Below the pieces are notes generated by a model that worked only from the letters and a program-made list of their open reading frames with translations, was not told the DNA's origin and searched no databases. The translations under genes were made by a program, and so were the position numbers. From Dehalococcoidia bacterium (GTDB taxonomy: Bacteria > Chloroflexota > Dehalococcoidia > GIF9 > UBA5629), in contig JBEKIW010000001.1 in assembly GCA_050011565.1 (NCBI GenBank), forward strand, positions 288,001 to 352,000: a DNA stretch of 64,000 bases, read 5' to 3'. This document shows, in pieces, positions 51,577 to 61,285 of the stretch. Every line of letters starts with the position of its first letter. Position 1 is the stretch's first letter.

Positions 51577-52145
51577 GATGCGCCTCCAAATGCCCTTGCC
51601 TTGTCTAGAATCGTTTGGAGCTGACGTTTTGCCTGGGGCTTCAGCGTTTTGGTTTTGAACTGTAGTCGTCCATGCCGGAGCAGGCCAAGCGCCACAGGGA
51701 TTGCCTTTAGGGCACCAAATGGATTCACATGGAGATAAAACCGGCTCATACAGCCAAAGCGAGGAATCATGCCGACATTATAGACAGTATCGCTGAAGAC
51801 TCTGTACAGGATCGGCGTGCGCGTTCGTTTTGTGCTTAGATGATGACGCATGGCCAGCGACTCCAGGGCGTGCATGATGTACGTAGGTACGATGCCCCTG
51901 GGGCAGCGCACTGTACACATGTAGCAAGATAAACATAGCCACATAGAGTTGCTGGATAGGACCTCCTCTCTCATGCCGGCTCGTGCCATGGCGATTATCT
52001 CGCGGGGCGTATAGTCCATTTTGTTGGCATTAGGACAGGAGGCCGAACAAGTGCCGCATTGGATGCAAAGGTTGATTTTTTCGCCGCCGGGCATGGATGA
52101 GATTTCTTGAATGAAGTCGTTGCTGCCATGTATCTTGATATCCAT
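51573..52145 (-). CDS. hdrC: Heterodisulfide reductase subunit C
   Basis: CIQCGTCSASCP and WLCLSCYMCTVRCPRG motifs. Confidence 0.92.
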   Translation of the reverse strand: MDIKIHGSNDFIQEISSMPGGEKINLCIQCGTCSASCPNANKMDYTPREIIAMARAGMREEVLSSNSMWLCLSCYMCTVRCPRGIVPTYIMHALESLAMRHHLSTKRTRTPILYRVFSDTVYNVGMIPRFGCMSRFYLHVNPFGALKAIPVALGLLRHGRLQFKTKTLKPQAKRQLQTILDKARAFGGAS

Positions 52146-52514
52146 CGCGCACCTACCTTCGGCTAATTATACTTCTTTTGTAATTTTATACAAAATGAGC
52201 AAAGGGTCTATTTTTACTTACTTTCTCTACTTAGAATACCCCATTATCTATAATAGGGGGCACAGACCAGGAAATAGGGAACCGAAGCTGAAGCTGGTCT
52301 ATTTAATAATGCAGAATACTGCCTTACTTACCCCCAAAGTAAGTTTAGCAGACGAACAAGTCTATTTACTTCCGTTATAATGCTTGTTTTTATTCGTGCG
52401 GAAGACTTGTAAAATGAATCTGTAATGGGCAATTATGCCTATGCTGAATAGAACGTCCTCTACTGGTTTTGAGCGCGGGTCTGTTATAATAAGCCCGGAC
52501 ATAGGAGACATTAT

Positions 52515-53180
52515 TTGGAAACCATAAGGATTTTAATTGCCGACGACCACGCATTTGTGCGTGAGGGAACACGTCGAATTCTGGAACAGGAGCCCGATCT
52601 GGAAGTTGTGGCGGAGGCCGGCGATGGTGAGGAAACGGTGAAGCTAGCCTGTGCCTTAAAGCCAGATGTGGCGCTTGTTGACGTTGCCATGCCCAAATTA
52701 GACGGTATTGAAGCCACCAGGCGCATAAAAGCTCAGTGTCCTGCTGTAGCGGTACTGGTTTTAAGTGCTTATGACGACGACCAATTTATCTTCGGCTTGC
52801 TGGAGGCAGGTGCTGCTGGCTACCTGTTAAAGAGTGTCCGCGGTCAAGAAATAGTTGATGCTATTCGAGCAGTGCATGCCGGAGAATCTGTGCTTCATCC
52901 TTCGGTTGCCCGCAAGGTTTTAAATCGGTTCGCCGGCGTTTCCGGTAAGCCGCGCGAAAGAAAGTCCGTGGACCTGCTCACCGAGCGGGAGATGGAAGTA
53001 TTGAAGATGGTAACTAAGGGTTTAAGTAATAAAGATATTGCTGAGGGACTTTGTTTGAGTGTGCGCACTGTCCAGGGACACCTGGCAAATATCTTTAATA
53101 AACTCAGGGTTAGTTCACGGACCGAGGCTGTAGTACATGCCTTGAAAGAGGGTTGGGTCACTCTCGACGATGTGTCCTGA
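52515..53180 (+). CDS. NarL/LuxR-family response regulator
   Basis: ADDH receiver plus LTERE..GLSNKDIA HTH; paralog of 34781-35467. Confidence 0.95.
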   Translation: METIRILIADDHAFVREGTRRILEQEPDLEVVAEAGDGEETVKLACALKPDVALVDVAMPKLDGIEATRRIKAQCPAVAVLVLSAYDDDQFIFGLLEAGAAGYLLKSVRGQEIVDAIRAVHAGESVLHPSVARKVLNRFAGVSGKPRERKSVDLLTEREMEVLKMVTKGLSNKDIAEGLCLSVRTVQGHLANIFNKLRVSSRTEAVVHALKEGWVTLDDVS

Positions 53181-54844
53181 GAGTTTTGCCCTGTAGAGAG
53201 CCTGGATATAGCGTCGTGCAGCGATTCACATTTGACTGGCTGAATAGGATTATACTCAGGCCCGGTTTGGGGTCATTGAGACGAGAGCATGAACATCGTA
53301 TCCGGCTAGCAAGCCTAAACTACATCTCAAACATTGTCTCGCAGTCCCTCGAGCTAAGACAAATTCTCAATAGCAGTATTGATAGCATTATTGAAATAAT
53401 GAATGCCGATGCTGTTCTTATTTTCCTCCTGAATAAAGAAGTTGGCGAACTTGTTCTTCATGCCCACAGAGGAGTTTCAGACTCGTTCGTCAGTAGCGTT
53501 GACGGACTCAAATTGGGGGAAGGTTTAAACGGCATTGTTGCCGCGACCGGTGAACCGGCGATTATAAAGGATGCTTCAACAGACGATAGATTGACCAAAA
53601 TGGCTGTGAAAGAGGAAGGCATACGGTCACAGATTATCGTACCGTTGAAGTCTAAGGGCAAGGTCATGGGTACTATTTGTGTGGCCATGCATAAGCGCCG
53701 CCAATTTAGTCAGGATGAAGTTGAATTGCTGGCTGCCTTGGGAAACCAGATTGGCGTTGCCGTAGAGAATGCACGTCTTTATGAGGAGGAGCGAAAAGTC
53801 GTAGAGCAACTGCGGGTATCTGAAGAAAGATATCGAACGTTATTCCAGAATGCCCATGACGCCATATGGGTTCATGATATGGATGGAAATATTATATCCG
53901 CCAATGTTGCTGCTGCCAGACTTACAGGATATTCAGTTGAAGAGTTGTGCCAAATGAATGTTAAAACTTTCCTATCTGAGGGCAGCTTGCATCTGGCAAA
54001 AGTAATCCGGAACCGGCTTCTAAATAAAAGAGCCGCATCTCAACCCTATGAGCAAAAGTTAATTACCAAAGAAGGAGTTGAGGCGATTTTGAAACTGACC
54101 ACAGATGTGGTCGAGGTTAATGGTGAAGCTGTTGGCTTTCAACATATTGCTAGAGATGTTACCGAAGAGAAGCGGATGCAGGAAAGCTTACGTTTTTATC
54201 TGGGTCAAATTACCATGGCCCAGGAGGATGAAAGGAAACGCATTGCCCGAGAGCTCCACGATGAGACCATTCAGTCTTTAGTTGTCCTGACCCGTCAACT
54301 GGATGATATTGCTTCCGGCGGAAAGGGATTGTCTGAATACAAGAAAATCCAGTTAGATATCTTGAGGGAGCGAATTAATAACGTAATGGCGGATGTGAGG
54401 CGGTTAAGCCAGGACCTGCGGCCTCCGGCGTTAGACCGCCTGGGCTTGTTGCCGGCACTGGAATGGCTAGGCTCCGATATAGGCAAACGCTCAGGAATGA
54501 ATATCGAGGTTGCAATGCGTGGTGTCAGCCGGCGGCTCTCCCCTGAGGTAGAGCTCGTTCTTTTTCGTGTCGCTCAGGAAGCTTTGAGGAATACTTTAAG
54601 GCATTCCCAGGCAACGAGTGCTGAGGTTGCCGTCGAATTCGGTGAAAAGTTAATTAGAATAACTGTTAAGGACAATGGTAAAGGATTTTACCTTCCGGAG
54701 ACAACCGGTGATTTGGTAAAGCGAGGCAGGCTAGGCCTGACGGGAATGCGGGAGCGCATTCAGCTGGTGGGCGGTCACCTGAAAATAAGCTCCAGGCCCG
54801 GCAAGGGCACGATTGTAACCATTGAGGCACCGGCGGCGAAATGA
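53153..54844 (+). CDS. GAF-PAS histidine kinase (HisKA_3)
   Basis: GAF (GEGLNG..VPLKSKGKVMG..ENARLYE), PAS and ERKRIARELHD; true start probably slightly downstream. Confidence 0.92.
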   Translation: MGHSRRCVLRVLPCREPGYSVVQRFTFDWLNRIILRPGLGSLRREHEHRIRLASLNYISNIVSQSLELRQILNSSIDSIIEIMNADAVLIFLLNKEVGELVLHAHRGVSDSFVSSVDGLKLGEGLNGIVAATGEPAIIKDASTDDRLTKMAVKEEGIRSQIIVPLKSKGKVMGTICVAMHKRRQFSQDEVELLAALGNQIGVAVENARLYEEERKVVEQLRVSEERYRTLFQNAHDAIWVHDMDGNIISANVAAARLTGYSVEELCQMNVKTFLSEGSLHLAKVIRNRLLNKRAASQPYEQKLITKEGVEAILKLTTDVVEVNGEAVGFQHIARDVTEEKRMQESLRFYLGQITMAQEDERKRIARELHDETIQSLVVLTRQLDDIASGGKGLSEYKKIQLDILRERINNVMADVRRLSQDLRPPALDRLGLLPALEWLGSDIGKRSGMNIEVAMRGVSRRLSPEVELVLFRVAQEALRNTLRHSQATSAEVAVEFGEKLIRITVKDNGKGFYLPETTGDLVKRGRLGLTGMRERIQLVGGHLKISSRPGKGTIVTIEAPAAK

Positions 54845-54883
54845 ACTCAAGGATGGTTGTCGTGGCGCATAAGACTTCTATAG

Positions 54884-55765
54884 CTATTTAGGCACAGCTG
54901 GGCGGATAAGAAGGACCGGTTGAAGGGATTGTTCAACAATTCTATTGGCAACGCCGCCGTAGACCCAGCGGCTGACCGCAGAGCGCCCGTGGGTAGCCAT
55001 AGTTATCAAATCGATTTTTTCCTTTTGGGCCGCTTGCAAGATAGTATCGGCTACTCTCCCAAGTTCGCAAGGTATAACTTGTACCTTCACCTTCATATCC
55101 TTTTTTTCAAGCCTGGTTTTCATCTTTTCCAGGTATTCTGAAGCCTGCAGTTTTGCTTCCGTCCACAGTGTATCCCGGTGTTTTTCCCACGTTGGGTTGA
55201 TGGGATGGTCTCCATAGGATGGCACTACGGGAGGCTCACATACCAAAGTAAGAACAATCTCCACCCCGGTTCCTTTTATCAGTTGTTCAATAGAGGGGAT
55301 GGGGCTCTCGGAGAAAGGTGAGCCATCAAGGGGGAGTAAAAGTTTTTTCAATTCTACTTGGGAGACCTTCGGCGCCTTCGATTTTACCAACAACACCTGG
55401 ACGCTCGTGCCGTAGAGCACCTTTCGAGCCACACTTCCCAGCACCCAGCGCTTGATTCCGGAGTATCCGTGAGTGGAGATGATTATAAGGTCAATATTGT
55501 CCTTATCGGCAAAGTCAACAATTTCATCTGGAACGTTACCATAGGCGATTGCTGAGGATGCTTCGATGCCCTGTGATTGCAGTTCCTTCGCCTTTAGCTC
55601 CAGGTAAGCTTTCATAGGGCGGTCAAACTGGTCAACGGAAGCGATGCTGACGGTGAAGAGTATTAACTCACTGCCCCTGGTTTTGGCAATCGCCTGAGCA
55701 TAGGGGATAGCTCTTTCCGAAAGTTCTGAGCCATCCAGTGCAACGAGCAGCCTTTTATATGCCAT
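54884..55765 (-). CDS. Universal stress protein (tandem UspA domains)
   Basis: Two LDGS..SE and THG..WV.G.VA repeats. Confidence 0.93.
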   Translation of the reverse strand: MAYKRLLVALDGSELSERAIPYAQAIAKTRGSELILFTVSIASVDQFDRPMKAYLELKAKELQSQGIEASSAIAYGNVPDEIVDFADKDNIDLIIISTHGYSGIKRWVLGSVARKVLYGTSVQVLLVKSKAPKVSQVELKKLLLPLDGSPFSESPIPSIEQLIKGTGVEIVLTLVCEPPVVPSYGDHPINPTWEKHRDTLWTEAKLQASEYLEKMKTRLEKKDMKVKVQVIPCELGRVADTILQAAQKEKIDLITMATHGRSAVSRWVYGGVANRIVEQSLQPVLLIRPAVPK

Positions 55766-55926
55766 GGTTTCCTCCTTAGTCCAGATATGTGTCTGAAATT
55801 ATAGCCTGAAGGAGGTTTCCATGACAACAGCTTGCAGGCGTTTTGTTTGACTAAATGAACGTGTGCTAAAATTCACTTAGGGCTAGCCCGGACTACCCAT
55901 GTGGTGGTCACTAGCCCTAAAGGTGT

Positions 55927-58900
55927 TTGGAAATGGACTTATCCCGTCTTCTTTCTTTAATCGAAAAAGTCCCGGCGTATCAACGGCTTAAAGGCGAGCT
56001 ATCGGGGTCTCCGGAGAAAGCGATTAAGCTGGTAGCGGCTGATGCGGTGAGGCCATTCCTTATAGCTGCCCTCCACCGGGAATTAAACTTACCCATTTTG
56101 GTGGTAGCCGCTCAACCGGAGAATGCGAAGCGGCTCTATGACGAGCTTCAGGCCTGGTGTCCCGATTTAAAATTTCTACACTTTTTCCAAGAAACTGACT
56201 TTTTGTTGGATAAATACTCCTCGACTGATGTCACCACCACTGCTGAACGACTGAAGACTCTCTCGGCCTTAACTTTTTGCCGTGACATGTCGGCAGACGA
56301 ACGCCGTCCATTAATTATTAGTTCCGCTTTAGCTGCTGTAGGTAGAACTGTGCCTCGGGATAAATTCCAGGCGTCCTGTCATTCATTGAAGGTTGGAATG
56401 AATATAGAGCTGTTACAGCTAGCGGCAAAATGGCAGGATATAGGGTACGAATTTAATAATATTGTTGAGATGCCGGGAACAGTAAGCCGACGGGGAGGTA
56501 TACTTGATATTTTTTCTCCAAATAATGAGTTGCCCGCCAGAATAGAGTTCGTGGGTAACCGGATAGAGAGCATCAGGTTTTTTAATCCGAAGACACAGCG
56601 GTCATTGGAGCTAGCAAACTCAGTGAACATAGTTCCGGCTCGGGAAAGCCAGCAATATATTACCGGAGACACTATTGTCGATTACCTGACCGAAAAGGCG
56701 CTTCTAATTACAGACGACCTCGACGAGCTCAAAACTGTGGTGAACAAGCTGCACAGCGAGGCTGAAGAGATTGAAATGAATTCGGAGCCAGCGGAACCAG
56801 CGGGTTTGCCTATTCTGTCCTGGCCGGAATTTGAAATAAAAACAAACATAGTCAAGAAACGCCTGATGCTTTTTTCCTGGAATACCGATTACCCGGACAA
56901 AGTCGGTCTTCAGTCTTTGCCTCTGGCGCCGGTGCCGAGCTATGGAGGCAGACTTGAAGCCTTCTCCGAAGGGCTTAAAGAGATGCTGCAGGAAAACCGG
57001 CGCATCGTCGTAGTCAGCCAGCAAACGAATCGTCTGGCCGAACTGCTGCAGGAATGGGATATCATAGCCGGTTCAGTTTCACAGATAGAGCAGTTGCCTC
57101 CGTTGAAATCGATTACTCTGGTCCACGGCTCGCTGGCTGAAGGCTGGGTAATGAAAGATGTCCTGACAATGTTCACTGATAATGAGATTTTTGGGTTCGT
57201 AAAGAAACGACGCTTATCCGGCAAAAGATCGGTGCGCTACCACCTGTTTGTTCCGGAACTGACACCCGGTGACTTCGTAGTCCACATCGAGCACGGTATT
57301 GCCAGGTTCGCCGGTTTGACGAAGATGGTTACCGAGGGCGTTGAGCGGGAGTATCTTGTCCTGGAATATGCTGCCGGTGACAGATTGTATGTACCTACCG
57401 ACCAGGTTGACTGTGTCAGCCGCTATGTTGGCGCGAGTGACCAAACACCGACCTTAAGCCGATTGGGAACCCAGGAATGGGCACGCACCAAACAGAGAAT
57501 TAAAGAGTCCGTGGCTAACATAGCCCGTGAGCTTTTAGGTTTGTATGCTGCGAGAGAGGTAATTCCGGGCTTTGCTTTCTCCTCTGATACTCTGTGGCAG
57601 CAGGAACTGGAGTCATCTTTCCCTTATATGGAAACCTCTGACCAGTTGGAGGCGGTTTTGGCCGTGAAGGATGATATGGAGAAGCCAAAGCCAATGGACC
57701 GCCTCGTCTGCGGAGATGTGGGTTATGGAAAGACCGAGGTGGCTCTCCGGGCTGCCTTTAAAGCGGTGATGGACGGCAAGCAGGTGGCCTTCCTCGTGCC
57801 AACGACGGTGTTGGCACAACAACACTTTGCTACCTTCCGAGAAAGGCTCCAAGCTTTTCCTGTCAGAGTCGAAATGTTGAGCCGATTCCGCACCGAGAAA
57901 GAACAGGCCGACATAGTAAAGGGCATGGAAGCCGGCATTGTGGATATCTGCATCGGTACCCACCGTTTGCTGCAAAAAGACATAGTGTTTAAAGACCTGG
58001 GGCTCGTAATCATAGATGAAGAGCAACGTTTTGGAGTGGCACACAAGGAGCACTTTAAGAAGCTGAGAAGGGAGATAGACGTCCTCACCCTTAGCGCCAC
58101 GCCCATTCCTCGCACACTGCACATGTCACTGGCTGGAATAAAGGACATGAGCACAATTGAAACCCCTCCGGAAGAGCGTTTGCCAATTAAGACCTTCGTC
58201 GGCGCTTATGATGACAGGCTGGTGCGTGAAGCGGTACTGCGTGAGATTGAACGGAACGGTCAGGTGTTTTTCGTTCATAACCGTGTTTATAGTATTGCCA
58301 TGGTTGCCGGCAGGCTAAGTAGTTTGGTCCCGGAAGGCAGAATATCGGTAGCTCACGGTCGAATGCCTGAAGAGGAACTAGAGAAGGTGATGGTGGACTT
58401 TATCGACCACAAAACCGATATTCTGGTTACTACCACCATTATTGAATCCGGCCTCGATATACCGAATGTCAATACACTTATTGTTGACCATGCAGACAGG
58501 TTAGGTTTGACGCAGCTTTATCAGTTGCGAGGCCGTGTCGGGCGCGGCAGCAGCAACGCCTGCGCTTATTTCTTTTACGACAGAGGCAAGCAATTGACAC
58601 CTGAGGCTCGGAAGCGTCTAAAGACTATCTCCGAGGCGACCGAGCTCGGCGCCGGATTTGCTGTGGCGATGAAGGACCTGGAGATTCGAGGAGCCGGCAA
58701 TCTGCTGGGTGTGGAACAGAGCGGCTATATAGCTGCGGTAGGCTTTGACCTGTACAGCCGGCTGTTGAATGAGGCGGTCGAAGAGCTAAAACAAGGGAGA
58801 GCTTTAGAGGAGGAGAAGAAGATTCTACATCCTTCAGTTACAGCCGTGGGTCTGCCTTTGGCTGCTTTTATTCCAGAAGAATATATACCTGACCTGAGCA

Positions 58901-59271
58901 CAAGACTAAATTCCTATCAGCGCTTGGCAGTGGTCAAACGGGCAGAGGACATAGAAGTTATAGCTAGGGAACTGAGTGATAGATTTGGGCCAGCGCCGGA
59001 AGAGGTCGAAAATCTTCTCTATATAGTAGAAATCAAGCAACTGGCAACTGAGGCGATGCTGGAATCTATCTCAACAGAAAACAAGCAGGTCGTTCTGCAT
59101 TTCAACAGCGGCAGAGATTTAAACAAATTGTCTTTAGCACAGGATGTTCAATCCGGTATAAAGATAGGCAGTGACCGGATTAAACTTGACATAAAGATAC
59201 TGGGCAACAGCTGGCAGGAAGTGCTCAGGGAAGTGCTTCAACATCTGTTATCAGTGTCCACCGGGGGATGA
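55927..59271 (+). CDS. mfd: Transcription-repair coupling factor
   Basis: VVHIEHGI, CGDVGYGKTEVA, DEEQRFGV, SATPIPRTL and QLRGRVGR motifs; TRCF C-terminus. Confidence 0.97.
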   Translation: MEMDLSRLLSLIEKVPAYQRLKGELSGSPEKAIKLVAADAVRPFLIAALHRELNLPILVVAAQPENAKRLYDELQAWCPDLKFLHFFQETDFLLDKYSSTDVTTTAERLKTLSALTFCRDMSADERRPLIISSALAAVGRTVPRDKFQASCHSLKVGMNIELLQLAAKWQDIGYEFNNIVEMPGTVSRRGGILDIFSPNNELPARIEFVGNRIESIRFFNPKTQRSLELANSVNIVPARESQQYITGDTIVDYLTEKALLITDDLDELKTVVNKLHSEAEEIEMNSEPAEPAGLPILSWPEFEIKTNIVKKRLMLFSWNTDYPDKVGLQSLPLAPVPSYGGRLEAFSEGLKEMLQENRRIVVVSQQTNRLAELLQEWDIIAGSVSQIEQLPPLKSITLVHGSLAEGWVMKDVLTMFTDNEIFGFVKKRRLSGKRSVRYHLFVPELTPGDFVVHIEHGIARFAGLTKMVTEGVEREYLVLEYAAGDRLYVPTDQVDCVSRYVGASDQTPTLSRLGTQEWARTKQRIKESVANIARELLGLYAAREVIPGFAFSSDTLWQQELESSFPYMETSDQLEAVLAVKDDMEKPKPMDRLVCGDVGYGKTEVALRAAFKAVMDGKQVAFLVPTTVLAQQHFATFRERLQAFPVRVEMLSRFRTEKEQADIVKGMEAGIVDICIGTHRLLQKDIVFKDLGLVIIDEEQRFGVAHKEHFKKLRREIDVLTLSATPIPRTLHMSLAGIKDMSTIETPPEERLPIKTFVGAYDDRLVREAVLREIERNGQVFFVHNRVYSIAMVAGRLSSLVPEGRISVAHGRMPEEELEKVMVDFIDHKTDILVTTTIIESGLDIPNVNTLIVDHADRLGLTQLYQLRGRVGRGSSNACAYFFYDRGKQLTPEARKRLKTISEATELGAGFAVAMKDLEIRGAGNLLGVEQSGYIAAVGFDLYSRLLNEAVEELKQGRALEEEKKILHPSVTAVGLPLAAFIPEEYIPDLSTRLNSYQRLAVVKRAEDIEVIARELSDRFGPAPEEVENLLYIVEIKQLATEAMLESISTENKQVVLHFNSGRDLNKLSLAQDVQSGIKIGSDRIKLDIKILGNSWQEVLREVLQHLLSVSTGG

Positions 59272-59283
59272 GTAGGTCAAGAA

Positions 59284-59541
59284 TTAACCTTCTATGCCGT
59301 AGTCGTGCAGGCAGTCAATGAGGTCTTGAACGGTAACGATTTTCTCGATATCTTCGTCTGATATTTCCAGCTTGCGTTTCGGTGTGCTGAATTCCTGTTC
59401 TAATGCGGTGATGAACTCTGCCAGGTCGGAGGCGTCGATATTCAAGTCGTCGACAAAAGATGCCGAGGGCACTATTAATTCCTCATCAACGCCGAGTTGG
59501 TCGGCGATCATTTTCTTGAGCTTTTCCGAAATGTCTGTCAT
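59284..59541 (-). CDS. acpP: Acyl carrier protein-like protein, atypical (DASD in place of DSLD)
   Basis: IADQLGVDEE..SFVDDL..ALEQEF..ISDED.EKI.TVQD ACP fold; the canonical Ser site is altered. Confidence 0.85.
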   Translation of the reverse strand: MTDISEKLKKMIADQLGVDEELIVPSASFVDDLNIDASDLAEFITALEQEFSTPKRKLEISDEDIEKIVTVQDLIDCLHDYGIEG

Positions 59542-59558
59542 CCGTTTCCTCTAAGCAT

Positions 59559-60011
59559 CTAGGCCGGCTCAGCGTTTTCAGTCCCTTCTCGTTGTTTCCC
59601 TTGCTGTATATAAGCGGTGACTACCGAGCCCAAAACCCCATTGACAAACTTTTGAGAGGTATCGCTACCAAAACTTTTTGCCAGTTCAACGGCTTCATTA
59701 ATAGCTGCTTTTACTGGGACTCTATTATCGAATAAAACCTCAAAAATGGCAAGGCGGAGAATATTCCTATCTATAGGCGCTATCTGGTTGACGGGAAAAG
59801 CCGGGGCGAACCTCCGGATAACATCATCGATATTTTTTTTATTTTGCTGGACTCCGTTGACGAGGCTTCTGGCGAAATCGGCCGCTTCATCGGGCAGGGC
59901 TTTTTCGTGTAGCAAACGGGCCAGGGCCGCATTCGGTTGATGAGCCGAACAGTCCAGCTCGTAAAGCGTCTGTAGAGCAACGGTTCTAGCTTTCCTTCTA
60001 ACTCCAACCAT
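59559..60011 (-). CDS. nusB: Transcription antitermination factor NusB
   Basis: RRKARTVALQTLYE, DRNILRLA, AINEAVELAK and FVNGVL motifs. Confidence 0.96.
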   Translation of the reverse strand: MVGVRRKARTVALQTLYELDCSAHQPNAALARLLHEKALPDEAADFARSLVNGVQQNKKNIDDVIRRFAPAFPVNQIAPIDRNILRLAIFEVLFDNRVPVKAAINEAVELAKSFGSDTSQKFVNGVLGSVVTAYIQQGKQREGTENAEPA

Positions 60012-60242
60012 TTTGACAACCATTTTTAAGCAAACCAATATTTCCTAACTATGCACGGTGCCATCCGGCTCCTTTTTGCTACTCCTACACACACCCTCCG
60101 CGTGCTTGAGTGAAGTTGCTGGCAAGTCAGCCATGAGGAACTCGTGGTGGAAGGCAAAAAGAGCGCGAGATATGTTCGTGTCTAAAGAGGCAATAAATTA
60201 GGAGATGCCGGAGGCCTCTGCCTTCGAGCAGGTGCGCGGCGA

Positions 60243-61187
60243 TTATCCTCTGCGCCATTTTGTTATTTCGCTGACGGTTTGAGCACTGCTGATATTAAAG
60301 GATTGTGCTCCGGGGCTAATGCGTTTGATTAACTTGGTCAGCATCTCGCCAGGTCCCATCTCGAAGAAGGTGGTTACGCCTCGAGCGATCATATTTTCGA
60401 CAGATTGCTGCCATTGGACAGGGCGTACAATCTGGCTAACCAGCTCCTCCTTTATCGCTTCCAAGTCAGTAAGGGGCTGGGCAGTAACATTAGCCACAAC
60501 CGGCACAGTTGGCTTATTAAAAGTAAACTCCGAGATGGCATTTCTCAGCCTTTCTATGGCCGGCTCCATCAATATGGAATTGAAAGGCCCGTTTACCCTA
60601 AGCGGGATAATGCGGCGAGCGCCCTTTATTTGGGCTAATCTCCGGGCTTTAGTCAGGCTTTCCTGTGTACCGCTGACAGTGACCTGGTCTGGAGCGTCGA
60701 TATAGGCAATCTCGACACCGGTGGAAAAGCAGATGTTCTTGAAGACCTCTATATCCAAGCCGGTCATAGATACCATGCCGCCACCCGTTCTTTGCCCGGC
60801 TTCGTTCATTAATCTACCTCTTTCACGAATCAATCGTGCGGCATCAGATAAGCTAAGGACGCCAGCAGCTACCAGAGCTGCATAAGTACCTACGTCATGG
60901 CCGGCAACAAAGGTGGGCTCCGGTATACCGTTGTTACTGACCTCCTGAGCTGCTCTCAGGCAGGCGACACTGGTAGCCAGAAGTGCCGGCTGGACATTGC
61001 CGGTCTGCTTGAGGTCGTCTTGAGGTCCTTCAAAGCATAAGCGAGATAACGAGAAGCCCAGATTTTTGTCAACTTCATCAAAAACTTCACGGGCCGAAGT
61101 GTAGTGGACGTAAAGGTCCAACCCCATGCCTACAGAGTGGGATTCCTGTCCTGGAAAAATGTAAGCTACTTTTATTGCTTCTACCAT
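60243..61187 (-). CDS. fabD: FabD (malonyl-CoA:ACP transacylase) homolog lacking catalytic Ser and His
   Basis: FPGQ, QPAL, RGRLM, PVQWQ and EMGPG retained; GHSxG reads GHDVG and FHS reads FNS. Confidence 0.85.
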   Translation of the reverse strand: MVEAIKVAYIFPGQESHSVGMGLDLYVHYTSAREVFDEVDKNLGFSLSRLCFEGPQDDLKQTGNVQPALLATSVACLRAAQEVSNNGIPEPTFVAGHDVGTYAALVAAGVLSLSDAARLIRERGRLMNEAGQRTGGGMVSMTGLDIEVFKNICFSTGVEIAYIDAPDQVTVSGTQESLTKARRLAQIKGARRIIPLRVNGPFNSILMEPAIERLRNAISEFTFNKPTVPVVANVTAQPLTDLEAIKEELVSQIVRPVQWQQSVENMIARGVTTFFEMGPGEMLTKLIKRISPGAQSFNISSAQTVSEITKWRRG

Positions 61188-61285
61188 GAATCCTCCTTCT
61201 CATTCAAGCTCGCCGAGAGGTCGACTTTTTCCCTGAGTTTCACTGTTCCAGCGGCTTTCCAACATGGTTATGTCTTTCAAGCTAA

